From: Gammaproteobacteria bacterium | Lineage (GTDB): Bacteria; Pseudomonadota; Gammaproteobacteria; Chromatiales; Chromatiaceae | Direction of reading: 5' to 3' | NCBI GenBank assembly: GCA_020445415.1 | Contig: JAGRGP010000030.1 | Coordinates: forward strand, 14,111-78,110 | DNA length: 64,000 nucleotides | Shown: in pieces, positions 41,730 to 51,755 of the stretch | Layout: each line of letters opens with the position of its first letter | How positions within the stretch are numbered: the stretch's first letter is position 1 | Program-made: the position numbers and the translations under genes | Notes under the pieces: generated by a model | Database searches by the model: none | The model's input: the letters and a program-made list of their open reading frames with translations, nothing else | What the model was told of the DNA's origin: nothing

Positions 41730-42332
41730 TCAACTCAAGGATGATTCTCGCTCCCAGCACAGAATCCGATTATTGGCGGGCATCCGGTAATCCCCTTGCG
41801 GGATCATACCTGCCCGATCCGCCAATGCATTAAGCTCCTCGGCATTTCTGATGCCACTATCCGGATCCCGGGATTTCAACCAAGAATCAAATCGGGCGTT
41901 GCTATCACTGGTGTAACGCCCTCCATAATTGAAGGGCCCGTACAGGGCAAAGCGGCCGGATTGGGGCAACAGGGCTCCCGCCCCTTCAAACATCGCCTCG
42001 ACTTCGGGCCAATGCATGATGTGAGCAGTGTTCGCGGAAAAGATGCCGTCGATTTCAAGCGACGGCCAGGGATCGGCGATGACATCCAAACATATCGGCG
42101 CGCGGGTATTGGGCAATGCCGCCTCGTCCAGCCACATTTGGATACCCTCATGATGGGCTTTGCGGTCACTAGTATGCCACACCAGATGGGGCATCCGCGA
42201 CGCAAAATAGACAGCGTGCTGACCGGTACCGCTGCCGATCTCCAGGATACTCCGACATCTTGCGAATAGGGGCATGATAGCCTCCAGTATCGGATCCCGG
42301 TTTTGCTCACATGACTCGGCGTAAGGTTTCAC
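41730..42332 (-). CDS. DUF938 family class I SAM-dependent methyltransferase
   Basis: 200 aa, GTG start. Contains NRDPILEAI and ILEIGSGTGQHAVYFA. GTGA start/stop overlap with the upstream gene. Confidence 0.7.
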   Translation of the reverse strand: MKPYAESCEQNRDPILEAIMPLFARCRSILEIGSGTGQHAVYFASRMPHLVWHTSDRKAHHEGIQMWLDEAALPNTRAPICLDVIADPWPSLEIDGIFSANTAHIMHWPEVEAMFEGAGALLPQSGRFALYGPFNYGGRYTSDSNARFDSWLKSRDPDSGIRNAEELNALADRAGMIPQGDYRMPANNRILCWERESSLS

Positions 42333-43546
42333 GGTCTGAACTCCTGACGATAAGGGGAGGCAGCCTCCAACCCGGTGATATAATCCATTATCGCCTCCTG
42401 CTCCCGACGCACGTAAGCGGCAATAGGCTGGCGAAATCTTTCATCCTCGATCCAGTGCGCCGACCGGGTTAGCGTCGGAACAAATCCCCGTGCCATCTTG
42501 TGTTCACCCTGAGCCCCGGGCTCAAATCGGCGCAATCCTCGCTCGATACAGAATTCAATGCCCTGGTAATAGCAGGCCTCGAAATGCAGCGCATCCATCC
42601 ACCTTAGGCACCCCCAGTGGCGCCCATACAAAGTGCTGTCACTACAGTACATCAATGCCCCGGCGACACAATGGCCTGCCCGGTCATCGGCCAGCACCAG
42701 GACTATACGATCGGGAAGCCGTGCTGCCACTTCCCGAAAAAAATCAAAGTTGAAAGTGGGAATTCCCCACTTTTGCTCGAAGGTGCGATTGTAAAACCGC
42801 GAGAAATTCCTCCAGTCGTTGTCCGTCGCCTCGCTCCCCGAAAGACGCCTCAGCCTTACCCCCGAGTCACGCACCCGGCGCCGTTCTTGGCGGATATTCT
42901 TACGTTTCTTGGCGGTCAAACGGTCAAGAAACTCGTCAAAATCCCGGTAACCTGGATTGTGCCAATGGAATTGACAATCGTACCGGCTTAACAACCGCGC
43001 GCTCATCAGGCGGTGCTCCTCCGGTAGAGGAAACAGGCAGTGAAAACCACTGGCGCCCAGCTGGGGGATTAGTTCCAAGACCACCTGTAACAATAGCGGC
43101 TGCATCCAGTCTTCGTCCTTCTCAAGACAGAGCAACCTTTGCCCCATGGCCGGCGTGTACGGAATAGCGGAAACCAACTTTGGGTAATAGGCGAGCCCTG
43201 ACCGGGAGTAGGCATCAGCCCAGGCTTGATCAAATACAAACTCACCATAAGAATTGTATTTCTCGTAGAGCGGCATGGCACCTAACAACCCCCCGGGACC
43301 GTATATTCCCAGGTGCCTGGGCAACCATCCAAATCCTTCCCCGACACATCCATGCCGCTCCATCGCGTGGAGAAATTCATACCGAAGGATGGGATTATTG
43401 TCCTGAATCAGCCGATTCCACTGGTCTGCGGGAATCTCATCGATGCGCTCATGAACCCTAACCTCCACCCGCGGCGGGGCCCCGGCAATAAGCTGCTCAC
43501 CGGTTGGTTCCAGACTAGATGGGCTCACTGGGCCAGTCTGCCTCAT
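42329..43546 (-). CDS. DUF482 / FemAB-like GNAT-fold protein (COG3146)
   Basis: About 380-405 aa. The start is uncertain: ATG 43546 overlaps the GST 3' end by 32 nt, and an alternative GTG lies at 43468. The sequence ...YYQGIEFCIERGLRRFEPGAQGEHKMARGF is typical of the family. Confidence 0.65.
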   Translation of the reverse strand: MRQTGPVSPSSLEPTGEQLIAGAPPRVEVRVHERIDEIPADQWNRLIQDNNPILRYEFLHAMERHGCVGEGFGWLPRHLGIYGPGGLLGAMPLYEKYNSYGEFVFDQAWADAYSRSGLAYYPKLVSAIPYTPAMGQRLLCLEKDEDWMQPLLLQVVLELIPQLGASGFHCLFPLPEEHRLMSARLLSRYDCQFHWHNPGYRDFDEFLDRLTAKKRKNIRQERRRVRDSGVRLRRLSGSEATDNDWRNFSRFYNRTFEQKWGIPTFNFDFFREVAARLPDRIVLVLADDRAGHCVAGALMYCSDSTLYGRHWGCLRWMDALHFEACYYQGIEFCIERGLRRFEPGAQGEHKMARGFVPTLTRSAHWIEDERFRQPIAAYVRREQEAIMDYITGLEAASPYRQEFRP

Positions 43547-44189
43547 CCTCGCCAATGATCTCACTCTCCGCCTTACCAAGATTTACCCACGTGCTTGCCG
43601 CTGGACTGCCATAAAGCGTATCGACATAAGCGCGGGATACGGGCTCCAGAGGGATCTGATAACTCACGAAACGCATTACGACCGGGGCGTACATGCAGTC
43701 GGCAATACCGAACTCTCCAAACAGCCAGGGCCCGCCCTGTCCATACCGATCACGGCAGTAGCGCCAGATGGACAGCACGCGCTGGATGTCCCGTAGCGCC
43801 TCCTGACTCGGTTGAAAGCCCGGAAACTTACGCCTGCAGTTCATCGGTAATTCACGCCTAAGACCAGGGAAACTACTATGCATTTCGGCACAGACCGATC
43901 GTGCCTGGGCACGGGCTTCCCTATCTTGCGGCCAGCCGTTGCACTCGGGAAATCGCTCGGCAAGGTACTCCAAAATAGCCAATGAATCCCATACCTGAAG
44001 CCTATCATCAAGGAGCACCGGCACCTTACCATCTGAAAAGTAAGGGGCTAGTTCTTGGCCCATGCTTTCCGTAAACAGGGAGATCTTCCTTACTTCGAAA
44101 TCGATACCATGCTGTTGAAGAAACAACCAGGGTCGTAGCGACCAGGATGAATAATTGCAGTTGCCTATCACTAGGGTCAATCGGGACAT
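43515..44189 (-). CDS. glutathione S-transferase (YfcF-like)
   Basis: 224 aa. N-terminal thioredoxin-like fold LTLVIGNCNYSSWSLRPWLFLQQHGIDFE..., then VPVLLDD and SLAILEYL. Confidence 0.8.
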   Translation of the reverse strand: MSRLTLVIGNCNYSSWSLRPWLFLQQHGIDFEVRKISLFTESMGQELAPYFSDGKVPVLLDDRLQVWDSLAILEYLAERFPECNGWPQDREARAQARSVCAEMHSSFPGLRRELPMNCRRKFPGFQPSQEALRDIQRVLSIWRYCRDRYGQGGPWLFGEFGIADCMYAPVVMRFVSYQIPLEPVSRAYVDTLYGSPAASTWVNLGKAESEIIGEDEADWPSEPI

Positions 44190-44293
44190 GTCCGTTTCTC
44201 GGATTAGTGGCTCTGTCCCAGCCTACCTCAATTGCCACCATTGACTCTATAATCCACACCAACTTATTTTTCGCTCAGATACAGAACTCATCC

Positions 44294-45349
44294 ATGCGCT
44301 ACCCAACTGATGACCTCCGTATTCAGGAGATTGGTGAACTCATCTCCCCAGCCAGGCTATCCACCGATCTGCCGGTCACCGAGCCGGCTTCGATAACCGT
44401 TTACCATGCCCGCCAATCCATCCATCGCATTATCCACGGAGAAGATGACCGTCTCATCGTGGTTGTTGGCCCCTGTTCAGTGCACGATCCCCAGGCTGCG
44501 CGAGACTACGCGGAGCGACTTAACCAAATCCGCCCGGCGCTCGAAAGCGAACTGATGATCGTAATGCGGGTATACTTCGAGAAGCCCCGCACCACGGTCG
44601 GCTGGAAAGGGCTCATAAATGATCCGGGATTGAATGGGACATTTCATATCAATTCCGGTCTGCACTTGGCACGTCAACTGCTGCTGGACATCAACAATAT
44701 GGGGCTTCCCGCCGGCACCGAGTTCCTCGATCTGATAAGCCCGCAGTATATCGCCGACTTGATCAGTTGGGGGGCCATAGGGGCGCGTACTACCGAAAGC
44801 CAGGGCCACCGCGAGCTAGCCTCCGGGCTATCCTGCCCCGTAGGATTCAAAAATGGGACTAACGGTACGCTGAAGATCGCACTGGATGCGATCCGCTCCG
44901 CCTCTCAGCCCCACCACTTTCTATCCGTCACCAAAGATGGCATGTCGGCTATCTTTGGCACCAGCGGCAACGACGACTGCCACGTAATTCTGCGAGGAGG
45001 AATCCGTCCCAACTACGATACCGAAAGCATAAACATCTCCGCGGAAGAAATGGAGAATGCCGGATTCAAGCCCCAGATGATGGTGGATTTTTCCCATGCC
45101 AACTCTCGGAAACGCCCCGACAAACAACTCGATGTGGGGCGCGACGTGGCGGGACAGATTGCGCGGGGGGACAGAAGAATCATCGGCACCATGGTTGAAA
45201 GCTTCCTGGTGGCAGGTCGCCAGGACTGGAGGGCGGATCAGGAGCTTGTATATGGGCAGAGCATTACCGACGCCTGCATCGGTTGGGAGCAAACCGAACC
45301 GTTGCTCCAGGAACTGGCAGAGGCAGTCAGAGCCCGGCGAGAGCGATGA
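44294..45349 (+). CDS. 3-deoxy-7-phosphoheptulonate (DAHP) synthase, class I
   Basis: Start ATG 44294 (MRYPTDDLRI). Motifs VVVGPCSVHD, RVYFEKPRTTVGWKGLINDP and GARTTESQ. The isoenzyme type cannot be assigned. Confidence 0.93.
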   Translation: MRYPTDDLRIQEIGELISPARLSTDLPVTEPASITVYHARQSIHRIIHGEDDRLIVVVGPCSVHDPQAARDYAERLNQIRPALESELMIVMRVYFEKPRTTVGWKGLINDPGLNGTFHINSGLHLARQLLLDINNMGLPAGTEFLDLISPQYIADLISWGAIGARTTESQGHRELASGLSCPVGFKNGTNGTLKIALDAIRSASQPHHFLSVTKDGMSAIFGTSGNDDCHVILRGGIRPNYDTESINISAEEMENAGFKPQMMVDFSHANSRKRPDKQLDVGRDVAGQIARGDRRIIGTMVESFLVAGRQDWRADQELVYGQSITDACIGWEQTEPLLQELAEAVRARRER

Positions 45350-45532
45350 GGCGCCCTCCCCTCGGATAGCCCCCTAGGGGGATCTATTGGCGAATCTGTG
45401 AGGGGGCTTGACTGCGTCCTGGAGGGTAACATCCTCGTGGCTTCGATCCTGATTGTCACCATCCCCGGACTCGCTATAATGATCCATTCGACTTTGCCCC
45501 TGCCAAAACTATATCGACTAGGAGGAATCGGG

Positions 45533-46411
45533 ATGGACAAAGAAGACGAGAGACCGGAAAAGAAAAACAAGCCCTACAAGATACCCAATGACCTGTATGT
45601 AAAGGAACTTGTCAAACTCCAAGTTGAGTTGGTCAAGCTCCAAGAATGGATCAAGCACAAAGGCTTGAGGGTTGTGGTCATCTTTGAGGGGCGCGACGCC
45701 GCCGGTAAGGGCGGGGTCATCAAGAGGATTACCCAGTTCCTAAGCCCCCGGGTATGTCCGGTGGTCGCTCTAGGTACCCCAACCGAGCGTGAAAAGAGCC
45801 AGTGGTACTTCCAGCGTTATGTCCCCCATCTCCCTGCAGCCGGTGAAATGACGCTGTTTGACCGGAGTTGGTATAACCGTGCCGGTGTGGAGCGGGTAAT
45901 GGGTTTTTGCACCGAAAGTGAGTACGAAGAGTTTCTGCGGTCCTGCCCGGAATTTGAACGCATGTTAATCCGCTCGGGTATTATTTTGATCAAGTACTGG
46001 TTCTCGGTCAGCGATGAAGAACAGGACCGGCGTTTCAAGAGCCGCCTCACAGACCCCCTTAAACGCTGGAAGCTCAGTCCGATGGACCTCGAATCCCGTA
46101 GCCGCTGGCTTGAATACTCCAAGGCAAAAGACGCGATGTTCGCCTACACCGATATAAAACAGGCCCCTTGGTATGTGGTCAACGCCGATATCAAAAAGCA
46201 TGCCCGCCTGAACTGTATCCGGCACTTGCTGAGCATGATTCCGTATCAGGATGTAAGCCCGGAGCACATCACGCTTCCCCATCGGCAGGAAAACACCGGA
46301 TATGTGCGGCCACCGATCGATGAGCAAACCTTCGTCGAGGACTTTTACAGTTCACCTGAAAAAACTGAACAGGCAATCGGCACGGAATTCAAACCCCATC
46401 ACCTAGGGTAA
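45533..46411 (+). CDS. ppk2: polyphosphate kinase 2 (single-domain PPK2)
   Basis: Start ATG 45533 with a GGAGGA SD. Walker A FEGRDAAGKGG, plus YFQRYVPHLPAAGEMTLFDRSWYNRAGVE. Confidence 0.88.
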   Translation: MDKEDERPEKKNKPYKIPNDLYVKELVKLQVELVKLQEWIKHKGLRVVVIFEGRDAAGKGGVIKRITQFLSPRVCPVVALGTPTEREKSQWYFQRYVPHLPAAGEMTLFDRSWYNRAGVERVMGFCTESEYEEFLRSCPEFERMLIRSGIILIKYWFSVSDEEQDRRFKSRLTDPLKRWKLSPMDLESRSRWLEYSKAKDAMFAYTDIKQAPWYVVNADIKKHARLNCIRHLLSMIPYQDVSPEHITLPHRQENTGYVRPPIDEQTFVEDFYSSPEKTEQAIGTEFKPHHLG

Positions 46412-46422
46412 GTGGACAGCGT

Positions 46423-46448
46423 AGGGCGCTCAACACAATGGGCGCCCT
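46423..46448. terminator. weak hairpin between convergent ppk2 and the Sel1 gene
   Basis: 7-bp stem agggcgc pairs with gcgccct across a 12-nt loop, followed on the + strand by tta. Confidence 0.3.
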
Positions 46449-46889
46449 TTATGTCTCGAAACCGGCGGCGCGGTACCAACGTTGAGCCTCTTCTAGATCT
46501 TGCTCGACTCCCTGTCCCTGTTCATACATCATGGCCAGAGTGGTCTGTGACCCAGCCAACCCTTGTTGGGCGGCCAGTTTGAACCACTCCGCGGCTTTGG
46601 CCCCATTCTGATCGGCACACTCGCCCTCCAGATACATAAACCCTAACCCATGCTGAGCCAGGGCGAGCCCCGCTTCCGCCGCCGCCTTCATGTATTTGAA
46701 CGCCATCAACTGGTTGACCGTCATACCCAGCCCGTTCTGGGCCATGATCGCCATGCGGTACTGGGCCTCGGCATTTCCGTCCTCCGCTAGGCGCGAAAGG
46801 GCCTGCGCGGCCTTGGCGAAGTTCTTGCCCTCGAATGCGGCTATGCCGCTACTCAACTCCATGGATAAGGGGTCGTTGTCACTCATCAT
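46449..46889 (-). CDS. Sel1-repeat (TPR-like) protein
   Basis: About 146 aa from MMSDNDPL. Three to four Sel1 units: AEAQYRMAIMAQNGLG, LALAQHGLGFMYLEGEC, GLAGSQTTLAMMYEQGQGV. Confidence 0.75.
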   Translation of the reverse strand: MMSDNDPLSMELSSGIAAFEGKNFAKAAQALSRLAEDGNAEAQYRMAIMAQNGLGMTVNQLMAFKYMKAAAEAGLALAQHGLGFMYLEGECADQNGAKAAEWFKLAAQQGLAGSQTTLAMMYEQGQGVEQDLEEAQRWYRAAGFET

Positions 46890-47200
46890 TGTCTCCCACG
46901 CTGCACTGCAAACCAATCGCATACCCTATTTTGTCACAGTTTGGCCGCTAAACTCTTTTCTTCTCACCGCGTTCACGGGAGTAGTGCGGCATTGGCACCC
47001 GAGGGGAAGATGTGATCCGACATCCGAGAAGTCGCGAGATCCTACGTATTTTCGCACCCCGTAGAGCGGTACAAATCGATAGTTGCTAAATCCAACCAGG
47101 GTTTGGCCGTTATGAAAATAAGTAATGTCTCAAGGCTTGGGAAGCAATACTGTAGATTTCGTCGCTTGATAGATTCTTTAATACTATCTAAGCTTTACTG

Positions 47201-49237
47201 GTGAACACTATGAATCTTAGCACTATTTCATCTCGACGATTGCGCGCTCTATGGTTTGTGGGCGGGCTGTTCATCTGTTCCGTGCTGGCTATTCAGCCTC
47301 GCGGAACAATGGCGGGAGATGCCAACCTGGCGCAGCAAAGGGCCGAATTTCTCGCCGCAGAACGTGCCTATGCGAAGGGGCAAGGTGCCGAATACGCGCG
47401 GTTAAAATCCCGCCTGACCAGCTACCCACTGTACCCATACCTGGAGTACCAAGAACTAAAGAAGAATATTGGTAACACCGACAAGCAGGCCGTCAGGTCC
47501 TTTATCGACAGCCATCCAAAATCTCCCCTGTCCGACAGTCTGCGTCGGCACTGGTTGACCGAATTGGGTCGCCGTCAGGCATGGCGTGAGTTAATCGAAT
47601 TCTATGCCCCCGACAGCAGCAGCGAACGGCGCTGCCTATATCTTCAGGCATTGCTGCAAACCGGCAGATCAGAAGAGGCCCTTACTCAAACCGAGCCAGT
47701 CTGGCTTAGCGGCAGCTCCAGGCCCAAGGCATGTGACCCGGTTTTCGATGCCTGGCGCGATAACAACCGGCTCAGCACGCAGCTGGTATGGCAGCGTATC
47801 GAGTTAGCAATGGCGCAGCGCAACACAAGGCTGGCAGCCTATTTGGGCCGCTACCTTCCTATCGAGGAGAAACCCTGGTTGGCGTTATGGCTTGATACTC
47901 AAAAGAATCCCACCAAGATTCTCGATACGTCGGCGTTCGCCAAGCAACACCCTCTTCGGGAACATATTCTGATCTTCGGGCTGGAACGACTCGCGAGGAA
48001 TAATCCCCGCCGGGGAGCCGAAGCCTGGCAACAACTGGAGAACCACCACACCTTCACCGAGCCGCAACGATATCAGGCAAACCGGGCACTTTTGATTGCC
48101 CTAATGCGTATTGACGCCCCCGACTTGCTCGATAAACTCGATGCATTCACCCCCGACGAGGATGACGAGTATTTTCACGAAAAGCGCATTCGAGAGGCCT
48201 TGGCGCGTCAAGCCTGGCCCCGCATGTTGGCTTGGATCGAGGCACTCCCTCCCAGTCTTTCAGAAAGGGAAAACTGGCGTTACTGGCGGGCCAGGGCCCT
48301 TGAGCAGGTAGGCAGAATAGGGGCATCCAAGCTGCTGTACAAAGAACTCGCGAACGAGCGCAGCTACCATGGATTTCTTGCCGCGGATCGTATCGGCAGC
48401 CCATACAACCTGGACCACCAACCACTGGCGGTGCCGGAACCCATACTGCGCGATGTTGCCGCCCGCCCTGGTTTCAAAAGGGCTAAGGAGCTGGTTGTGC
48501 TCGGCCGCTTAATCAGTGCCAGACGGGAATGGCGCAATGCCATCGAGGAGCTTTCTATTCCCGAACTCCAGGCAGCCGCTAGACTGGCGAAGACCTGGGG
48601 GTGGCACTCCCAAGCAATCTTCACATTGGCAAAGACCGGCTATTGGGACGATCTCGAACTGCGTTTCCCGTTGGAGCACCAAAAGAACATCGAAGCGGCG
48701 GCGGGCAAACAACAACTCGACAAGGCCTGGGTTCTTGCCGTGATCCGGCAAGAGAGCGCCTTTTCTCCGGATGCAGTCTCACGGGCTGGCGCCCGCGGAC
48801 TGATGCAGCTCATGCCGGCCACCGCGAAAGCGACGGCAAAAGCAATGAAACGTCACTCACCTTCCCGCGGCGACCTGCTCATACCGGCTACTAACATCGA
48901 TATTGGCACGGCCTATTTGCGCATGGTGTATGACAAGCTGAATGACAACACCGTGTTGGCGATCTCTGCTTACAATGCCGGCCCGCACCGGGTGGACCGT
49001 TGGCTCCCCGAAAAAACATTGGAAGCCGACATCTGGATCGAGACCATCCCCTTTACTGAGACCCGACGCTACACGGAGCGAGTATTGGCGTATTCCGTGA
49101 TCTATGACGAGCGGCTGGGCAACGAAGTTGCCAAAATCACCAGCCGCATGCCCAGCGTGCTCCCCCGCAAAGGCCTTGTCGCCCAGGGAGAAGGCGATAC
49201 GAAAAAAGTTAGTGCAGATGATAACGCGTCGCTTTAG
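47201..49237 (+). CDS. slt: soluble lytic murein transglycosylase (Slt70 family)
   Basis: 678 aa with a signal peptide and superhelical U and L domains. The C-terminal SLT domain carries RQESAFSPDAVSRAGARGLMQLMPATA and AYNAGP. Confidence 0.88.
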   Translation: MNTMNLSTISSRRLRALWFVGGLFICSVLAIQPRGTMAGDANLAQQRAEFLAAERAYAKGQGAEYARLKSRLTSYPLYPYLEYQELKKNIGNTDKQAVRSFIDSHPKSPLSDSLRRHWLTELGRRQAWRELIEFYAPDSSSERRCLYLQALLQTGRSEEALTQTEPVWLSGSSRPKACDPVFDAWRDNNRLSTQLVWQRIELAMAQRNTRLAAYLGRYLPIEEKPWLALWLDTQKNPTKILDTSAFAKQHPLREHILIFGLERLARNNPRRGAEAWQQLENHHTFTEPQRYQANRALLIALMRIDAPDLLDKLDAFTPDEDDEYFHEKRIREALARQAWPRMLAWIEALPPSLSERENWRYWRARALEQVGRIGASKLLYKELANERSYHGFLAADRIGSPYNLDHQPLAVPEPILRDVAARPGFKRAKELVVLGRLISARREWRNAIEELSIPELQAAARLAKTWGWHSQAIFTLAKTGYWDDLELRFPLEHQKNIEAAAGKQQLDKAWVLAVIRQESAFSPDAVSRAGARGLMQLMPATAKATAKAMKRHSPSRGDLLIPATNIDIGTAYLRMVYDKLNDNTVLAISAYNAGPHRVDRWLPEKTLEADIWIETIPFTETRRYTERVLAYSVIYDERLGNEVAKITSRMPSVLPRKGLVAQGEGDTKKVSADDNASL

Positions 49238-51662
49238 TGTTGTCGCCTTGAAGTGCCGACTCCTCGGGAGTGTTGTGGTCAAGACCCTCGCGGATCCGGG
49301 CCTGTATCTTCTCGATTAGTTCCCCGTGGGTCACCACCTGGTAAAAGCGCTTCCCAAATTGCTGACCATCCCCTGGTTTGCCGCCATTCCAGGTCCGAAC
49401 TGCACCTTCCCGCACCACTACCCATTGCGTCTTCCCCTGGAGATTTGAATAGGTTCCCGCGTAGAAACGAGACCCCCCTTGATAATAGTTCTCATCCAAT
49501 ACTATTGGATACATTGCAATCTCTGACTGGAGTTTCACGAACGCCGGAGTATCTAGCTCGATGCCGTTGACGTTGTAACGCACCAAGCCATCCCCGCTCT
49601 GTTTTTCGGGAATCGTCAACCCACTAGCGGCCACTACCTCTACACCGTCTCCGATGGCTTCACCCAATTCACTTCGCCGAAGCAACGCGGAACACGACGA
49701 CAATTGATCAGCCCTGTTGATGGCCGGGGAAATCATAATTTCCCGAAGTTCATCATAGAGGAAGGTGGGGGCTTCCGGTACGTAGGCGATACCCAGTCCC
49801 AGCTCTAACTCCGGAAGACCATTCTGGCGGCTGCTAAAATTTCTGGCCTCCACAACCTGCAGAATCTTGTGGGCCAAACCACATGCCAGCGCCACACAAA
49901 GCCCGCGCCTTGACGAGCCTTCGTAGTCGAACACACTGAGAATTACAGCATCACCTTCCACAAATACCTTTCTGGCCCCGTATTCCCGGAGTAGTTTGTT
50001 GATAGGCTCGAAAAAATTGATGCTGAAGTGAGAAGCGGGGTTAAGGTGTTTCTTTCGTAACTCACGAATAATGGACGTGGAACCCCGAACATCCGCCTTT
50101 AGTACCGCGTGCCCTCTTATGCGCTGCTGATCAGATTGTTGATCCGCCCCGGGAATAAATTCATTGAGAGTACCGTTACCTCTGGATAACTCCATATCCG
50201 CTTGACGTATCAAGATACGTATACTCTTCATGACCCGGTGGGAATGGTAAGCCAACTTTAGGTCGCGCCGAAATACGGTGAAATCGACAATAAACCGAAG
50301 TAGCTGTCCGCGACGCTGCCCTCCTGGCATGCGCCTTATCTTGGAGGCTCCCTGATCGAGTAATTTCAGCGAACGCTCGAGATTGACCTGAGAAGACAGA
50401 TTGCGGAGCCGGCGTATGGCGCTCTTTCGGGTTAGATCTCCCGCCAGATATTGAGCGATCAGCCGCACCGGCAAAACTCCCCCCAATTGCCGGTAATAGT
50501 CCGGAGCCAGACTGCTGGCCAAGATTTTTGACTCCAAGCCGTGCTTCCTCAATCCCACGAGGATCTTCCTTATGGTCCTGCCGTGAAATCTTGCCCAATG
50601 GTCATCGTTCCAATAGGCCCCCGCATCCGGTCCTAGACTCAGCGGCACTTGTCGCTGGGGCCGTGTAGACTGGATGAACCGCTCCATATTCTCGGGAAAA
50701 TCCAACCACGAGTGGCACTCCTGCTCGTATTCGGCTCGTTGCAGGCTCGGCTCCAGCAGGCTCTTCACCTCATAAAAGCCCGGCAATACCTCGGGATCCG
50801 CATGCTCCCTCAGCACGCCCACCCCAGTTTTTGGCTTGCCATTCCCGCCAGTTGCCGACACTGGCAACTCGGTTGGCCAAACCGGTGACGGAAGATAATC
50901 GCCAAACACAGACGTCACCAGCCGATTAACCGTGTCGAATACCCGTGGATTTTCTTTATCGGTAAAGGCGATTGTGTAGTCATGCATCAATTGCTCGTCT
51001 GCCCACAATGACGGCATGATCGTCATCGGATTGGCAAGCAGCTGCCGAGGTGCCGGCCAGGGACATTGCAGCGAAGAGTCCCGCTGCTTGCTCAACTGCA
51101 TTTCCTCGATCTTTAGCAACTCCTTCATGAGCTTGCGGATAATCCGATAGCGCAGTGCAGAATCTTCTTTAGAGAGCACCACCAAGCGTTCGTGAATCTC
51201 CACCGCTCGGCCACTCGATTGCCGCTTACTACTTTCCCTCGACGTCTGCATCTGTCCCCGCAGACGTTCAATCTCCAATCCCAACACCTGGAACAGGAAC
51301 TTGATGACGCTAAACTGCAGGAGGGGAATTGCCGCCAACCGCGATGTTTCCCGCACCATGTTCACGGCGAGTGTCATCATGCCGATATACTCATCCCGAA
51401 CAACCTGCAAATCGGTAGCTGATACGTTGGTGCGGCTACTACCCCAGCGCTGATCCGCAACAAACTCCAGCAGTTCCTGGCGAACCAACAAATGGGTGTG
51501 CTCCATAAACCTGGGGCTTAGCGCGACATCGATATGGGTATTGTCAATACCCTTGGACATTCCTTCCGTGCGGGGACCGAGGGTTTCCTGGATAAAAAAC
51601 GGGGCAATAAACGCCTCAGGTTCGGGCTGCCAGTAAAATCGTTTTTTCAGATTTTCGAACAT
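49209..51662 (-). CDS. large conserved hypothetical protein with a divergent class III nucleotidyl-cyclase-like domain
   Basis: 817 aa from ATG 51662; the ORF extends to GTG 51695. I cannot place the N-terminal 540 aa or so. Nucleotides about 49680..50115 encode VLKADVRGST...VFVEGDAVILSVF...LELGLGIAYV...ISPAINRADQL, collinear with cyclase motifs F(T)D(I)xGFT / GD(A/G) / (R)IG(I)H / VNxAAR. The 3' end overlaps the slt 3' end by 29 nt. Confidence 0.6.
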   Translation of the reverse strand: MFENLKKRFYWQPEPEAFIAPFFIQETLGPRTEGMSKGIDNTHIDVALSPRFMEHTHLLVRQELLEFVADQRWGSSRTNVSATDLQVVRDEYIGMMTLAVNMVRETSRLAAIPLLQFSVIKFLFQVLGLEIERLRGQMQTSRESSKRQSSGRAVEIHERLVVLSKEDSALRYRIIRKLMKELLKIEEMQLSKQRDSSLQCPWPAPRQLLANPMTIMPSLWADEQLMHDYTIAFTDKENPRVFDTVNRLVTSVFGDYLPSPVWPTELPVSATGGNGKPKTGVGVLREHADPEVLPGFYEVKSLLEPSLQRAEYEQECHSWLDFPENMERFIQSTRPQRQVPLSLGPDAGAYWNDDHWARFHGRTIRKILVGLRKHGLESKILASSLAPDYYRQLGGVLPVRLIAQYLAGDLTRKSAIRRLRNLSSQVNLERSLKLLDQGASKIRRMPGGQRRGQLLRFIVDFTVFRRDLKLAYHSHRVMKSIRILIRQADMELSRGNGTLNEFIPGADQQSDQQRIRGHAVLKADVRGSTSIIRELRKKHLNPASHFSINFFEPINKLLREYGARKVFVEGDAVILSVFDYEGSSRRGLCVALACGLAHKILQVVEARNFSSRQNGLPELELGLGIAYVPEAPTFLYDELREIMISPAINRADQLSSCSALLRRSELGEAIGDGVEVVAASGLTIPEKQSGDGLVRYNVNGIELDTPAFVKLQSEIAMYPIVLDENYYQGGSRFYAGTYSNLQGKTQWVVVREGAVRTWNGGKPGDGQQFGKRFYQVVTHGELIEKIQARIREGLDHNTPEESALQGDNTKATRYHLH

Positions 51663-51755
51663 GGTCCCTACTATACTTGCGCTGGCCGACGCCACGGGCG
51701 TTTGCGCTAAGATTGGAGAATCTGTGGCAAGCTTACTGGTTGCCGATAAACCTCC

